Positions 1 to 9,423 of a stretch of DNA of 35,802 nucleotides are shown in pieces. The DNA is from SAR86 cluster bacterium (lineage in GTDB: Bacteria; Pseudomonadota; Gammaproteobacteria; Magnimaribacterales; D2472). The translations under genes were made by a program, and so were the position numbers. The stretch's first letter is position 1, and every line of letters begins with the position of its first letter. The stretch is taken from contig QOPE01000003.1 of the NCBI GenBank assembly GCA_003331565.1, positions 1 through 35,802 on the forward strand, given 5' to 3'. The notes beneath the pieces are model-generated. The model made no database searches, had not been told where the DNA came from, and saw only the letters and a program-made list of their open reading frames with translations.

Positions 1-360
1 CATTCTTGCCTTTTGATTTGAGCAAACAGATTTCTCTGAAAAAGGCTTAAGGTCATGAATTTCTAGGATATGCCCACTCTTTGAGAGATAAGCAACGCTC
101 AGTGGGGTACTGGTATTTTTCATCCACATGCATCTTGTATCAGAATCAGACCAAATGAAAATCATGCCTTGATTTTGATCCAGTTGATCCCGGAACATTA
201 ACCCTCGTTTTCTTTTACTGTCTGTATTAGCAATTTCAAGGTCTAAGTTAATTTTGGTATCAACAAAAACTGCTTCGACAGCTAAAAGAGGTAAGCTTCC
301 AAACAGCAGAATCAGTAAGCTAAGAGATTTGATCTCTAAAATCGTTGATTGTTTCCTCAT
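1..360 (-). CDS. DUF192 (COG1430) family exported protein, 3'-truncated by the window edge
   Basis: Not in the ORF track. Manual translation from ATG at 360: MRKQSTILEIKSLSLLILLFGSLPLLA...LEIANTDSKRKRGLMFRDQLDQNQGMIFIW...MWMKNTSTPLSVAYL...; the GLMFR, GMxF and WMKNT motifs are typical of DUF192; hydrophobic N-terminus; overlaps the rpe 3' end by 41 nt. Confidence 0.88.
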   Translation of the reverse strand, partial: MRKQSTILEIKSLSLLILLFGSLPLLAVEAVFVDTKINLDLEIANTDSKRKRGLMFRDQLDQNQGMIFIWSDSDTRCMWMKNTSTPLSVAYLSKSGHILEIHDLKPFSEKSVCSNQKARM

Positions 361-979
361 AGTTTTCAGATCCAAATATTGCTGAGCCTGCAACAAAAAC
401 ATTAGCTCCTGCATTATAAACATCTGCTATTGTGTCAAGATTGATTCCGCCGTCAACTTCCAAATCAATATCCTTTCCTGATGCATTAATTAAGTCACGA
501 ACGGTTTTAATCTTATTAAGTGTATGAGAAATAAATTTTTGCCCGCCAAAGCCAGGATTTACACTCATAAGCAGTACCAAGTCCAATTCATCAATAATAT
601 TTTCAAGCACGCTGACAGGTGTAGCAGGATTAAGCGCTAGACCTGCCTTACATCCAGCGTCTTTGATGAGACTGATTGTTCTTGAAATATGCTTTGATGC
701 CTCGGGATGAAAGCTGATTAGGTCTGCACCAGCATTGGCAAAAGATTTTGCCAGTTCATCCACTGGCTCTATCATTAAATGCACATCAATAAAATCTTTA
801 ATTCCATCATCACGCAAGGATTTACAGACTAATGGTCCAATTGTTAGATTAGGCACATAGTGGTTATCCATGACATCAAAATGAATCCAATCAGCACCTG
901 CACTCATTACTGAGCGGACTTCTTCTCCTAGCCTTGAAAAATTAGCAGAAAGTATTGAAGGAGCTATTACGGTTTTCAT
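320..979 (-). CDS. rpe: Ribulose-phosphate 3-epimerase
   Basis: IAPSILSA, HFDVMDNHYVPN, DVHLM, MSVNPGFGGQ and EVDGG motifs. Confidence 0.98.
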   Translation of the reverse strand: MKTVIAPSILSANFSRLGEEVRSVMSAGADWIHFDVMDNHYVPNLTIGPLVCKSLRDDGIKDFIDVHLMIEPVDELAKSFANAGADLISFHPEASKHISRTISLIKDAGCKAGLALNPATPVSVLENIIDELDLVLLMSVNPGFGGQKFISHTLNKIKTVRDLINASGKDIDLEVDGGINLDTIADVYNAGANVFVAGSAIFGSENYEETINDFRDQIS

Positions 980-983
980 ATTT

Positions 984-1649
984 TTAATTCTCTTCTTTTA
1001 CCAGCTTCCTTGCAAGCCTAAGAGTTTCAGGAGTTCCTATATCGACCCATAAATCATTACTTGAAGAGCCGGTTAACAATTGTTTTTTAATATTTGGTTT
1101 AAAAATAACATTCCAAATATCAAAAGGAATTTTGTTACTTAAAAAAGGTTCTAAAATTTGTGGGTGAATAAGTGAGATGCCGGACCAAGTTAGTTCATTC
1201 ACCGAATTCAATGTGACAATACCATCAGAGAGACAAAAATCGCCTGAGATATTGTGTGATGGATTTTCAACTCCAATAATGTGTGCTGCATCAGTAACAT
1301 CTGGGAGCAAATTGAAATTAATCTCAGTATGAATATCAGCATTACACAGTATGAAAGGATCATTGCCCAATCTTGAAAAAGCATTGATAAGTGCTCCACC
1401 GGTACCATATGGAAATGGTTCCTTAATGAAGTAAACATTTTTTATGCCGGATGTTTCAACACATGAAATGATTTGATCTCCTAAATGAGAAACATTTATT
1501 AATATCTCATCGATCCCAAAATCTCTTAGTCTTCCAATGACATCTAAGATAATTGGTTGGTCAGTAACCTCAATCAACGGCTTTGGTATTTTATTTGTCA
1601 GCGGACGTAGTCTTTTACCCTGACCTGCAGCAAGTATCATGGCCTTCAT
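984..1649 (-). CDS. murU: N-acetylmuramate alpha-1-phosphate uridylyltransferase (nucleotidyltransferase)
   Basis: MKAMILAAGxGxRLRPLT..PKPL, GTGG, NP.HN..GDF and WVDIGTPE motifs; overlaps an amgK-like kinase gene. Confidence 0.88.
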   Translation of the reverse strand: MKAMILAAGQGKRLRPLTNKIPKPLIEVTDQPIILDVIGRLRDFGIDEILINVSHLGDQIISCVETSGIKNVYFIKEPFPYGTGGALINAFSRLGNDPFILCNADIHTEINFNLLPDVTDAAHIIGVENPSHNISGDFCLSDGIVTLNSVNELTWSGISLIHPQILEPFLSNKIPFDIWNVIFKPNIKKQLLTGSSSNDLWVDIGTPETLRLARKLVKEEN

Positions 1650-2653
1650 AAGACTTTAATCCTTCCATTAAATTCTGGGAGTACTGTATTTGATAAAAAA
1701 TTAGAAAGTTCACTCTCACCAATTTCATTAGCAACGATAGCTGAATTAGAAATAATTCGGGGTAAATCCATGATTCTAAATTTTTTATTCTTATGGATAT
1801 ATAAACTTGTTAGCGTTCCCATTATTCTGAGATTTCTTTGCAACGCTCCCCATAAAGCATATTCGTAAACCTCGTCTCCGGATAAATCAAACTTTGATAA
1901 TTGAGCAAATTTATTTGAATATGAACTTACTAACTCTAAATTAGTTTCATAATAGTGATCAATCAAGATTCCCGCCAGATCGATCCCAATTGGTCCAAAA
2001 CCTAAATCTTGAAAGTCTAATAAAATAATTTCTTCATCTGCGCCCATGTGCAAATTTCTTCTCTCAAAATCATAATGGCAGTTTGCCCACTTTTGATCTA
2101 ATAATTTGGGTATCATTCTTTTATATAAGTCTTTGTATCCAGAATAAATATCAAGATCTAAAAACTCCTTACAAAGAATTTTTGAAAACTTTTTAGCATG
2201 TGACTCAAGGCCCATTTCAAATGTAGTATCTAGATTAACTAGATTTGCTGACTGCATGTCATTCAGAAGCAAAAGAACTTTCTCCACAACGTCATTTTTT
2301 TGATAAAAGTCTGGGACATCCAACAAGTTATAATTGCCGATATCCTCTAAAGCAGTGAAGTTTGAGTCCTCATCGTATTTCAAGATTTCTGGAACCCTTA
2401 CATTGGCATTCTTTAATTCTTGTGCTCTTTGAATAAATACTGAGTGGCCATTGATAGTAGATGGATCAAAACACACTACAAATGTGCCTTGATCATGACT
2501 GGCTCTGAAATATTTTCTGCCGCTTGCCTCCTCAGTGAGAGGTTGGATTGATTTTATGTCCTCATGAAATGACTTTGCAAAACTGAGAGCTCTCCTTTCT
2601 AAGTTATCAGCTATTTTTAATTTCCTCAGGCAAAGGCGTATCATCAGGTACAA
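1646..2653 (-). CDS. amgK: Anomeric MurNAc/GlcNAc kinase (APH-like phosphotransferase); start uncertain, likely downstream of 2653
   Basis: EAS.RKYFR, LEDIG, HYDFERRNL, LDFQD...GP and QRNLRIMG motifs; paired with murU and oriented away from lptD as in Pseudomonas. Confidence 0.8.
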   Translation of the reverse strand: MYLMIRLCLRKLKIADNLERRALSFAKSFHEDIKSIQPLTEEASGRKYFRASHDQGTFVVCFDPSTINGHSVFIQRAQELKNANVRVPEILKYDEDSNFTALEDIGNYNLLDVPDFYQKNDVVEKVLLLLNDMQSANLVNLDTTFEMGLESHAKKFSKILCKEFLDLDIYSGYKDLYKRMIPKLLDQKWANCHYDFERRNLHMGADEEIILLDFQDLGFGPIGIDLAGILIDHYYETNLELVSSYSNKFAQLSKFDLSGDEVYEYALWGALQRNLRIMGTLTSLYIHKNKKFRIMDLPRIISNSAIVANEIGESELSNFLSNTVLPEFNGRIKVL

Positions 2654-3464
2654 AGAAATCAGGAGCTAACTTGTCAAAACTTACGTCAGCATACTTTGTA
2701 AAATCTTTAACACCTGATCCATGCAGCACTAAGTCATCAATGCAAAAGTTGCCTGTAAACTCTTTAGAGTCTTTGATAAAAATTTCATAAGCAGCATCTG
2801 CCATAATCTCAGGCTTTCTTGATATGTTCATCAATTCCTCGCCGCCTAAAACATTTTTTACTGCAGCAGTTGCAATAGCGGTTCTAGGCCACAATCCATT
2901 TACTGCAATCCCGTCAACCTTTAATTCCTCAGCCATACCGAGCACACACATACTCATCGTAAATTTTGCCATGGTGTAAGCCAGGTGAGGTCCAAACCAT
3001 TTTGCTTTCATATCCAGAGGCGGAGCTAGATTAAGAATGTGAGGGTTGGAGGATTTCTTTAGATGAGGAATACAGTATTTGCTAACTAAGTAGGTTCCCC
3101 TTCCATTGATTTGATGCATCAAATCATATCGTTTCATATCCGTATCTGGTGTTTTAGTTAGTGAAATAGCAGATGCATTGTTTACACAAATATCAATTCC
3201 ACCAAAATGAGAGACCGTTTCTTCAACTGCCTTGAGAACATTTTCTTCGTCTCTGACATCTAGAATTAGAGGTAATGCTTCTCCTCCTGTCTCAATAATT
3301 TCTTCAGCTGCTGTAAATATAGTTCCAGGAAGTTTTGGATGAGGTTCAGCTGTTTTTGCAGCTAATACAACCTTGGCTCCGTCTCTGGCAGCTCTCTTCC
3401 CGATCTCAAGACCGATGCCTCTGCTGCCCCCAGTAATAAATACGACTTTATTAGCTAAACTCAT
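2607..3464 (-). CDS. HSDL2-like short-chain dehydrogenase/reductase
   Basis: TGGSRGIG, AAKTAEPHPKLPGTI, NNASAI, AYTMAK (YxxxK) and LWPRT.IATAA are characteristic of the HSDL2 SDR subfamily; GAGGA Shine-Dalgarno upstream. Confidence 0.9.
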   Translation of the reverse strand: MSLANKVVFITGGSRGIGLEIGKRAARDGAKVVLAAKTAEPHPKLPGTIFTAAEEIIETGGEALPLILDVRDEENVLKAVEETVSHFGGIDICVNNASAISLTKTPDTDMKRYDLMHQINGRGTYLVSKYCIPHLKKSSNPHILNLAPPLDMKAKWFGPHLAYTMAKFTMSMCVLGMAEELKVDGIAVNGLWPRTAIATAAVKNVLGGEELMNISRKPEIMADAAYEIFIKDSKEFTGNFCIDDLVLHGSGVKDFTKYADVSFDKLAPDFFVPDDTPLPEEIKNS

Positions 3465-3490
3465 TTACGTTCCTCATTTATGTTTAAATC

Positions 3491-3515
3491 GATTATGATT
3501 ATAACAATCATAATC
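3491..3515. promoter_or_regulatory. Perfect 10-5-10 inverted repeat in a divergent intergenic region (operator or bidirectional -10 elements)
   Basis: GATTATGATT-ATAAC-AATCATAATC read directly; it contains CATAAT on both strands. Confidence 0.55.
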
Positions 3516-3525
3516 TGTAACCATA

Positions 3526-4116
3526 ATGAAAATTACTTTTATTTACGATATTGCCAGTCCCAATGCATACCTATGTCATAGAGTTATTCCTGAGTTTGAA
3601 AAAAAGCATAATGTAAAAATTGAATACCTGCCTTGCTTATTAGGCGGCATATTTAAACTCACTAATAATCAGCCTCCATGGATGGCATTTGCTGAAATAA
3701 CAAACAAATCGGGTTACATGAATATTGAGATGGACAGGTTCATGAGGTTCCATAAAATTTCAGAATTTAAGCTTAATCCTCATTTCCCAATTAATACTGT
3801 GACTATTCAAAGAGGTCTTCTGGCTGCAAAAAAGCTGGATTGTGAAAAAGAGTACATTGATGTAGTTGCTAAAGGTATGTGGGAAGAAGAGGTCAATCTT
3901 GGAGATAAAGAAATCTTAGAAGAGTTTTTAACTAAAAAAAATCTTCCTGGAAAAGAGATTCTCGAGCTAACAAGTGACGATCAGATCAAACAACAACTCA
4001 TCGAGAATACACAAAAAGCAGTTGATGCAGGTGTTTTTGGAGTGCCTACTTTTATATTGAATGAAGAGGTATTTTTTGGAAAAGAAGCTCTCAGAGAAAT
4101 CCCGGATTTTTTATAA
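3526..4116 (+). CDS. 2-hydroxychromene-2-carboxylate isomerase / glutathione S-transferase kappa family (DsbA-like fold)
   Basis: YDIASPNAY (DxxSP), LLGGIFK, NPHFPINT and GVFGVPTF...FFG motifs. Confidence 0.88.
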   Translation: MKITFIYDIASPNAYLCHRVIPEFEKKHNVKIEYLPCLLGGIFKLTNNQPPWMAFAEITNKSGYMNIEMDRFMRFHKISEFKLNPHFPINTVTIQRGLLAAKKLDCEKEYIDVVAKGMWEEEVNLGDKEILEEFLTKKNLPGKEILELTSDDQIKQQLIENTQKAVDAGVFGVPTFILNEEVFFGKEALREIPDFL

Positions 4117-4161
4117 GGTTATAAAACTATTTGGATAAAAAGCTTTCTAATCTGTTTATAG

Positions 4162-6420
4162 ATGAAGATTATGGTTAGGTCTTTTGTGTGTTCAGTTTAT
4201 CTGCTGGCTGTTTGTGTTGCTTATCCAATACAAGCAAATGATGAATGCCTCATCAATCATGACCTAATAGATGAGACTCCATCTCTTAACAATCAAACCA
4301 CTATTAATGCTGGCTCTATTCAGGTTCTAAGTGATGCAACGCTTGAGCTTAGAAATGGATTCGAAATCAAACTTGAAGATTTGCATGTAAATGGATATCA
4401 AGCACTATTCAATGAAAATAAGAAATCAATAAATGAGATTCTAAATGGTTTTATCTCAGGCCAGAATTATGTATCTAAATTTGAAAAAGGCTCAATTAAT
4501 TCTCTTGCTGATGAGGCTATTTTAGAATCTGGCGAGGTTTTATTTAGAAATCGAAATATTAAATTTGAATTTAAAGAGCTTAAAGAAAGTACCCAAGATA
4601 AATTTAAGATCATCAACACTTCTTTCACATCCTGCGCAGATATACAAAAAGGCTGGGAAGTTACAGCTGATGAAGTCCAGCTGAATGACGAATCTGGAAG
4701 AGGAATTTTAAAGAACTTAAAGGTTAAGTTATTTAATACAACAGTTTTTGGCTTTCCTGTTATTCCATTTACAGCTACAGATAAAAGAACAAGTGGTTTT
4801 TTAGAGCCGGAAATAGCATTCTCAAGTGATGGATGGGATGCCTACCTCCCAATTTATATTGTTACCTCAGAAAAAACTGACCTTACCTTTGCCCCCAGAA
4901 CCATCAATGATCGAGGGAATGGATTTGAACTAAATCTAAGAAACCTTTCTGGATTTAATCAAAATAATATTGATTTAATCAAGATAAATAATGATAAACA
5001 AATTTCTGAAGCCTCTAACAAAGATCGTTGGGCATATGCGATTGATCATAAATATGATCTTGGCAAATTAAATATGCAGATTGAATGGTCTAAAACTTCT
5101 GATCCTTTGGTTTTAAATGATATTGAAACAAACTTTAATAAATCCATCGATCGGAGGGCACATTTTTTACCACAGAAGTTAGTAGTTGGTTTTCCATTGA
5201 TTGGAGGTAAATTCAAAATCCATAAAGAAAGCTATCAAATCATTAATCCGCTATTCCCGTATGAACTCAATAAATCTCCTGCAGCAAATTTTTCAATAGA
5301 AAAGATATTTGGAGCCACTAGCTACTCGCTTAATCTTGATAGCAGTGAATTTTCCATCGACAAGGTGCAACTAAAATTTTATAGCGCTCTTACCAACGCA
5401 AATGGTCTTTTAGATAAATTTGATACTGGCAAAAGAAATCTTGCGACTGCGAAAATTAAAACAGTGCTCAATAATAGATCTTATATTGCAGAAATTGAAA
5501 ATGAATTAATCTATAAAGATTATGATCAAGATAGTGGAAAAAATTATGACGATTCCTTTATCAAATCAAAGGTCACTTTCAGAAAGTATTTCTCGAAGAG
5601 AGATAACTTAAAGCAAAGCAATTTTGAATTATTAAGTGGATTTGGGTACACAAATTATAGAGATCAATCCAGCTTGCCTATTTTCGATTCACAATTTCTT
5701 TTTGGAAGTAGTCATGCTCTTTTTTCAAACTCAAGGTTTCTAGGGCTTGATAGAATCATTGATGAAAAATATCTTTTTATAGGATTCAAGCACCTTCTAG
5801 ATACACAAAACTATAGGATCAGAACTAACTTTGGTTTAAAAGAAAGGCTTGAGCCAAGTAAAGTTCTTAACAAAATTTATGGCTCAGATTCTGAAAGAGA
5901 CATCGCAACGTTTAATTCTTCCTTTCACACAAAAAATAATTTGTCCTTTGATGTTGGAGCAACCTACGATCAAGATAATAGTAGATTGGAGAGAAGCGAA
6001 CTTGCATTAGAGTTTGCAAATGAAAAATCAAAGCTTCTATTGGCTAAAAAGTTTTTACGTGGATATAGTACTCTTAACCTTCAAAACCTAAATTATTATG
6101 AATTTGGATTTGAAAGAGAATTTACAAGTTCTTGGAAAGTTATTTCTGGTTTCAAGCGGGATCAAAGCATGAAAAAGAATATTGATGCTTTTTTAGGCCT
6201 TGGCTATGAGAGCTGTTGTTTGGGTCTTAGGCTCTATGTATCAGATAAAAGATTGATTGATACAAATACCCTATTTGACGTTAGTCAACTCAATGAAAAT
6301 GAGATTTATGCATGGAAAGAAATGATTTCTCTTGAAAACAAAAGTAGAATCACCTTTGAATTTGAATTAAAAGGATTAAGCAGTAAAAAAAATAAACTTA
6401 CTCGCTTCTTTAGAAAATAA
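4162..6420 (+). CDS. lptD: LPS-assembly protein LptD (divergent)
   Basis: Signal peptide, FTSC..W, R.SGFL.P, TFAPR, C-terminal YESCC and FELKGL; first gene of the lptD-surA-pdxA-rsmA cluster. Confidence 0.9.
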   Translation: MKIMVRSFVCSVYLLAVCVAYPIQANDECLINHDLIDETPSLNNQTTINAGSIQVLSDATLELRNGFEIKLEDLHVNGYQALFNENKKSINEILNGFISGQNYVSKFEKGSINSLADEAILESGEVLFRNRNIKFEFKELKESTQDKFKIINTSFTSCADIQKGWEVTADEVQLNDESGRGILKNLKVKLFNTTVFGFPVIPFTATDKRTSGFLEPEIAFSSDGWDAYLPIYIVTSEKTDLTFAPRTINDRGNGFELNLRNLSGFNQNNIDLIKINNDKQISEASNKDRWAYAIDHKYDLGKLNMQIEWSKTSDPLVLNDIETNFNKSIDRRAHFLPQKLVVGFPLIGGKFKIHKESYQIINPLFPYELNKSPAANFSIEKIFGATSYSLNLDSSEFSIDKVQLKFYSALTNANGLLDKFDTGKRNLATAKIKTVLNNRSYIAEIENELIYKDYDQDSGKNYDDSFIKSKVTFRKYFSKRDNLKQSNFELLSGFGYTNYRDQSSLPIFDSQFLFGSSHALFSNSRFLGLDRIIDEKYLFIGFKHLLDTQNYRIRTNFGLKERLEPSKVLNKIYGSDSERDIATFNSSFHTKNNLSFDVGATYDQDNSRLERSELALEFANEKSKLLLAKKFLRGYSTLNLQNLNYYEFGFEREFTSSWKVISGFKRDQSMKKNIDAFLGLGYESCCLGLRLYVSDKRLIDTNTLFDVSQLNENEIYAWKEMISLENKSRITFEFELKGLSSKKNKLTRFFRK

Positions 6421-6437
6421 TTTTTAAAATTAAGGAC

Positions 6438-7685
6438 ATGAAAAAAACTAATTTACTAGTCTTAATAGCTTTCTTTGTTTCAATCGAATTAAGTGCAGAG
6501 CAGCAAATGCTTGATAGAGTAGCTATTATTGTTGGCGACGGAGTTGTCCTTGAATCACAAGTGAACTCACTGATGAACACATTCAAGAAAAGAGCAACTG
6601 AGATGAATACTGCTATCCCTCCAGAAGATTTACTACTGGAACAAATTAGAGAGCGATTGATTGTTGAAGAACTGCAGCTTCAAACTGGAAGAAGGGCGGG
6701 AGTTAGAATAAGCGATTCAGAGTTAAATGAGTATGTTGCAAATATTGCAAATCAAAATAATCTTTCAGTTGATGGTTTTATTAATAATCTTGCCTCGCAA
6801 GGTGAATCTTATTCAGATTTTAGAGAACAACTAAGAAAAGAGCTCATTATCCAGAGAGTACAGCGCGGCAAGGTGGGTGGTCAGATTGTTATCACTGAGC
6901 AAGAGCTTGCAGCTTTTATTGATACCGAAGAGGCTAAAATACAGCTACTGCCTGAATTTGAATTACATCAAATTTTAGTCCGAACCCTTAATGAAGCTGA
7001 AGATATAAGGGAGAAGCTATCAAATGCAGAGTCTTTTGAAGATTTAGCAAAATCTTATTCTATTGCCGGTAATGCTTCGAATGGAGGCAGTTTGGGTTGG
7101 AGAACAGCAGGTGATCTACCAGATCTTTTTTTTAATGCAATTAACTCACAACCTATCAATTTTATTTCCGAGCCACTTAAAAGTGGAGCTGGCTATCATG
7201 TATTGAGACTAACTGATAAAAGAGGCATCAATGTTGAATTCCAAGATCAGTGGAAAGTCAGACATATATTAATGTCTCCTACTGCTCTTAGAGACAGTGA
7301 TTTCACAAGGGAAGAGCTTGAGAATGTAAGGGTAAGACTTATGGATGGTGAAGATTTTTCTCTTCTTGCAAAAGAGTTTTCAGAAGATCCTGGTTCAGCA
7401 AATAATGGTGGTGAAATAGATTGGCAGCCATTGGGTGCAACTGCTCCAGCATTTGAAGCGATGATGCTTAAAACTCCAATTGGTACTGTCTCAGAAGTCT
7501 TTGAATCACAGTTTGGTTTCCACTTCCTAGAAGTTCTTGATAAAAGGAACTATGATAAAACTCAGGAAAATATTGAAGATAGAGCTTATGGAGCATTGTT
7601 CTCAAGAAAATTTGATGAGGAGCTTGAGAACTCTATACGTACAATGAGAGCAGAGGCCTTTGTCGAAATTAAAGATCTAGATTGA
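6438..7685 (+). CDS. surA: Periplasmic chaperone / peptidyl-prolyl isomerase SurA
   Basis: Signal peptide, LDRVAIIV..GVVLES, two parvulin domains (GGSLGW; RHIL, FSEDPGSA..GG, S.FGFH); synteny. Confidence 0.95.
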   Translation: MKKTNLLVLIAFFVSIELSAEQQMLDRVAIIVGDGVVLESQVNSLMNTFKKRATEMNTAIPPEDLLLEQIRERLIVEELQLQTGRRAGVRISDSELNEYVANIANQNNLSVDGFINNLASQGESYSDFREQLRKELIIQRVQRGKVGGQIVITEQELAAFIDTEEAKIQLLPEFELHQILVRTLNEAEDIREKLSNAESFEDLAKSYSIAGNASNGGSLGWRTAGDLPDLFFNAINSQPINFISEPLKSGAGYHVLRLTDKRGINVEFQDQWKVRHILMSPTALRDSDFTREELENVRVRLMDGEDFSLLAKEFSEDPGSANNGGEIDWQPLGATAPAFEAMMLKTPIGTVSEVFESQFGFHFLEVLDKRNYDKTQENIEDRAYGALFSRKFDEELENSIRTMRAEAFVEIKDLD

Positions 7686-8662
7686 AAACAATTTTATTTT
7701 CACCTGGCGAGCCAGCTGGTATTGGTCCGGACTTAATAATTAAATTAGTTAATTCAAGAATCTGGGAATCAATTGATTCCAGGATTATATGTCTAGGAGA
7801 CAGTGAATTTTTTCTTAAAAGATCTAATCTTTTAGAGCAAAAGATAAAGATTCATGAGCTTGAATCTTTAAGCAAACTAAAAAAAAATAAGAAAGGTATC
7901 CTTCAAGTTTTTAAAGTAAAAAGTTGTGAAGACATATCCCCATGCAAGCCCAACCCCATAAATGCTAAATATATCTTGGATCACTTAGATTTTGGAATTA
8001 AATACTGCAAAGCAAATGAAAAGACGGCTTTGGTGACCGGGCCTATACAAAAAAGCAACATAATTGATGCGGGTTATAATTTCACTGGACATACTGAATG
8101 GATCAAAAAAAAGACTGGCAGTTCAGATGTTTTAATGATGTTGGCGTCTGAAAAGTTAAGGGTTGCACTAACTACGACACATTTACCACTTAAAGAAGTT
8201 TATAAAGAAATTAAAAAATCTAGGGTGCTTAAAAAAATCATGATTCTCGATTCCTCATTAAAATCACAATTAAAAATAAAAAAACCGTACATCACAGTTC
8301 TAGGGCTTAATCCGCATGCGGGTGAAAGCGGTCATTTGGGTACTGAGGAAATTAAATATATTCAACCAGCAATCAAGGAAGCAAAGATAAAAGGTATTAA
8401 CGTGAATGGGCCACTTGCCGCAGATACTGCATTTAATAAAGAAACACTTAAACGAACCGATGCATATTTGTCGATGTATCATGATCAAGGTTTACCCGTA
8501 CTCAAAGCCTTAAGTTTTGGTGATGCCGTTAATATTACTCTTGGGACTCCAATTATTAGAACCTCGGTTGATCATGGAACGGCTCTGGAATTGGCTGGAA
8601 CGAATAATGTTAGTACAAAATCTTTGGCTGTTGCTCTCAAACAGGCCGATCAGATACTTTGA
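7682..8662 (+). CDS. pdxA: 4-hydroxythreonine-4-phosphate dehydrogenase
   Basis: GEPAGIGP, GHTE, NPHAGE, MYHDQG and RTSVDHGTA motifs; TTG start overlapping the surA stop. Confidence 0.97.
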   Translation: MKTILFSPGEPAGIGPDLIIKLVNSRIWESIDSRIICLGDSEFFLKRSNLLEQKIKIHELESLSKLKKNKKGILQVFKVKSCEDISPCKPNPINAKYILDHLDFGIKYCKANEKTALVTGPIQKSNIIDAGYNFTGHTEWIKKKTGSSDVLMMLASEKLRVALTTTHLPLKEVYKEIKKSRVLKKIMILDSSLKSQLKIKKPYITVLGLNPHAGESGHLGTEEIKYIQPAIKEAKIKGINVNGPLAADTAFNKETLKRTDAYLSMYHDQGLPVLKALSFGDAVNITLGTPIIRTSVDHGTALELAGTNNVSTKSLAVALKQADQIL

Positions 8663-9423
8663 TGATTGATAGAAAGAAACGTAAAAAATTTGGTCAAAAC
8701 TACTTAATCGATCCGGTCACCATTCACAAAATTATCAAAAGCATTGGCGTAGATAATCAGCTTCCCTATCTTGAAATTGGTCCTGGGCATGGCGCTATAA
8801 CTGATGGCTTTATAGAGTTAGCAAATGATTACAGTGCAGTAGAAATTGATCACGAAAATATAGAATTTCTTTTAAAGAAATATGGAGATCAACAAATTAA
8901 CCTGATTTCCCAAGATATATTAAGCTTTAATTTTGAGGGCCTTCCAGAGAACGTAAAAATTATTGGCAACCTCCCATATAACATTGCATCACAAATAATC
9001 ATCAAAATCTTAGCCAGCAAGGTTAATCCCAAAGATTTACATTTTATGGTTCAAAAAGAATTTGCAGATAGGCTATGCGCAAAGCCAGGAGACAAATCAT
9101 GGAGCAAGATATCCATTAAATCACAAGTGATTTTCTTTAATGAATCACTTTTCGAAATTGATCCGAGTGCTTTTGATATAAAGCCAAAAGTTACGTCTTC
9201 ATTTATTAGAATGACACCCTTGAAAAATCCCATTGTTAAGAAAGCAGATTTTCATAGTTTCTCAAAATTTATTGATGTTTGTTTTCAATCCAAAAGAAAA
9301 AGTTTAAAAAATAATTTAAAGGATCTATTGATTGATGCCGACTTCAGTTTGGAACATTTCAAGAAAAGACCCGAAGAAATAACACTCGATCAATACAAAG
9401 AATTATTTAAAATGATCAAATGA
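8662..9423 (+). CDS. rsmA: 16S rRNA m6,2A dimethyltransferase KsgA/RsmA
   Basis: KKFGQNYL, LEIGPGHGAIT, GNLPYNI, MVQKE and F.SKRK motifs; ATG 8662 overlaps the pdxA stop (TGATG); TTG 8659 is the alternative start. Confidence 0.96.
   Translation: MIDRKKRKKFGQNYLIDPVTIHKIIKSIGVDNQLPYLEIGPGHGAITDGFIELANDYSAVEIDHENIEFLLKKYGDQQINLISQDILSFNFEGLPENVKIIGNLPYNIASQIIIKILASKVNPKDLHFMVQKEFADRLCAKPGDKSWSKISIKSQVIFFNESLFEIDPSAFDIKPKVTSSFIRMTPLKNPIVKKADFHSFSKFIDVCFQSKRKSLKNNLKDLLIDADFSLEHFKKRPEEITLDQYKELFKMIK

Noticed and set aside
1208-1438. 76-aa alternative-frame ORF inside murU
   Set aside because: Nested in a well-supported gene; no motif or RBS.
3491-3515. Calling the palindrome a canonical Fur box or a terminator
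   Set aside because: Spacing differs from the 19-bp Fur box; the AT-rich stem lies between divergent starts and has no U-tail.
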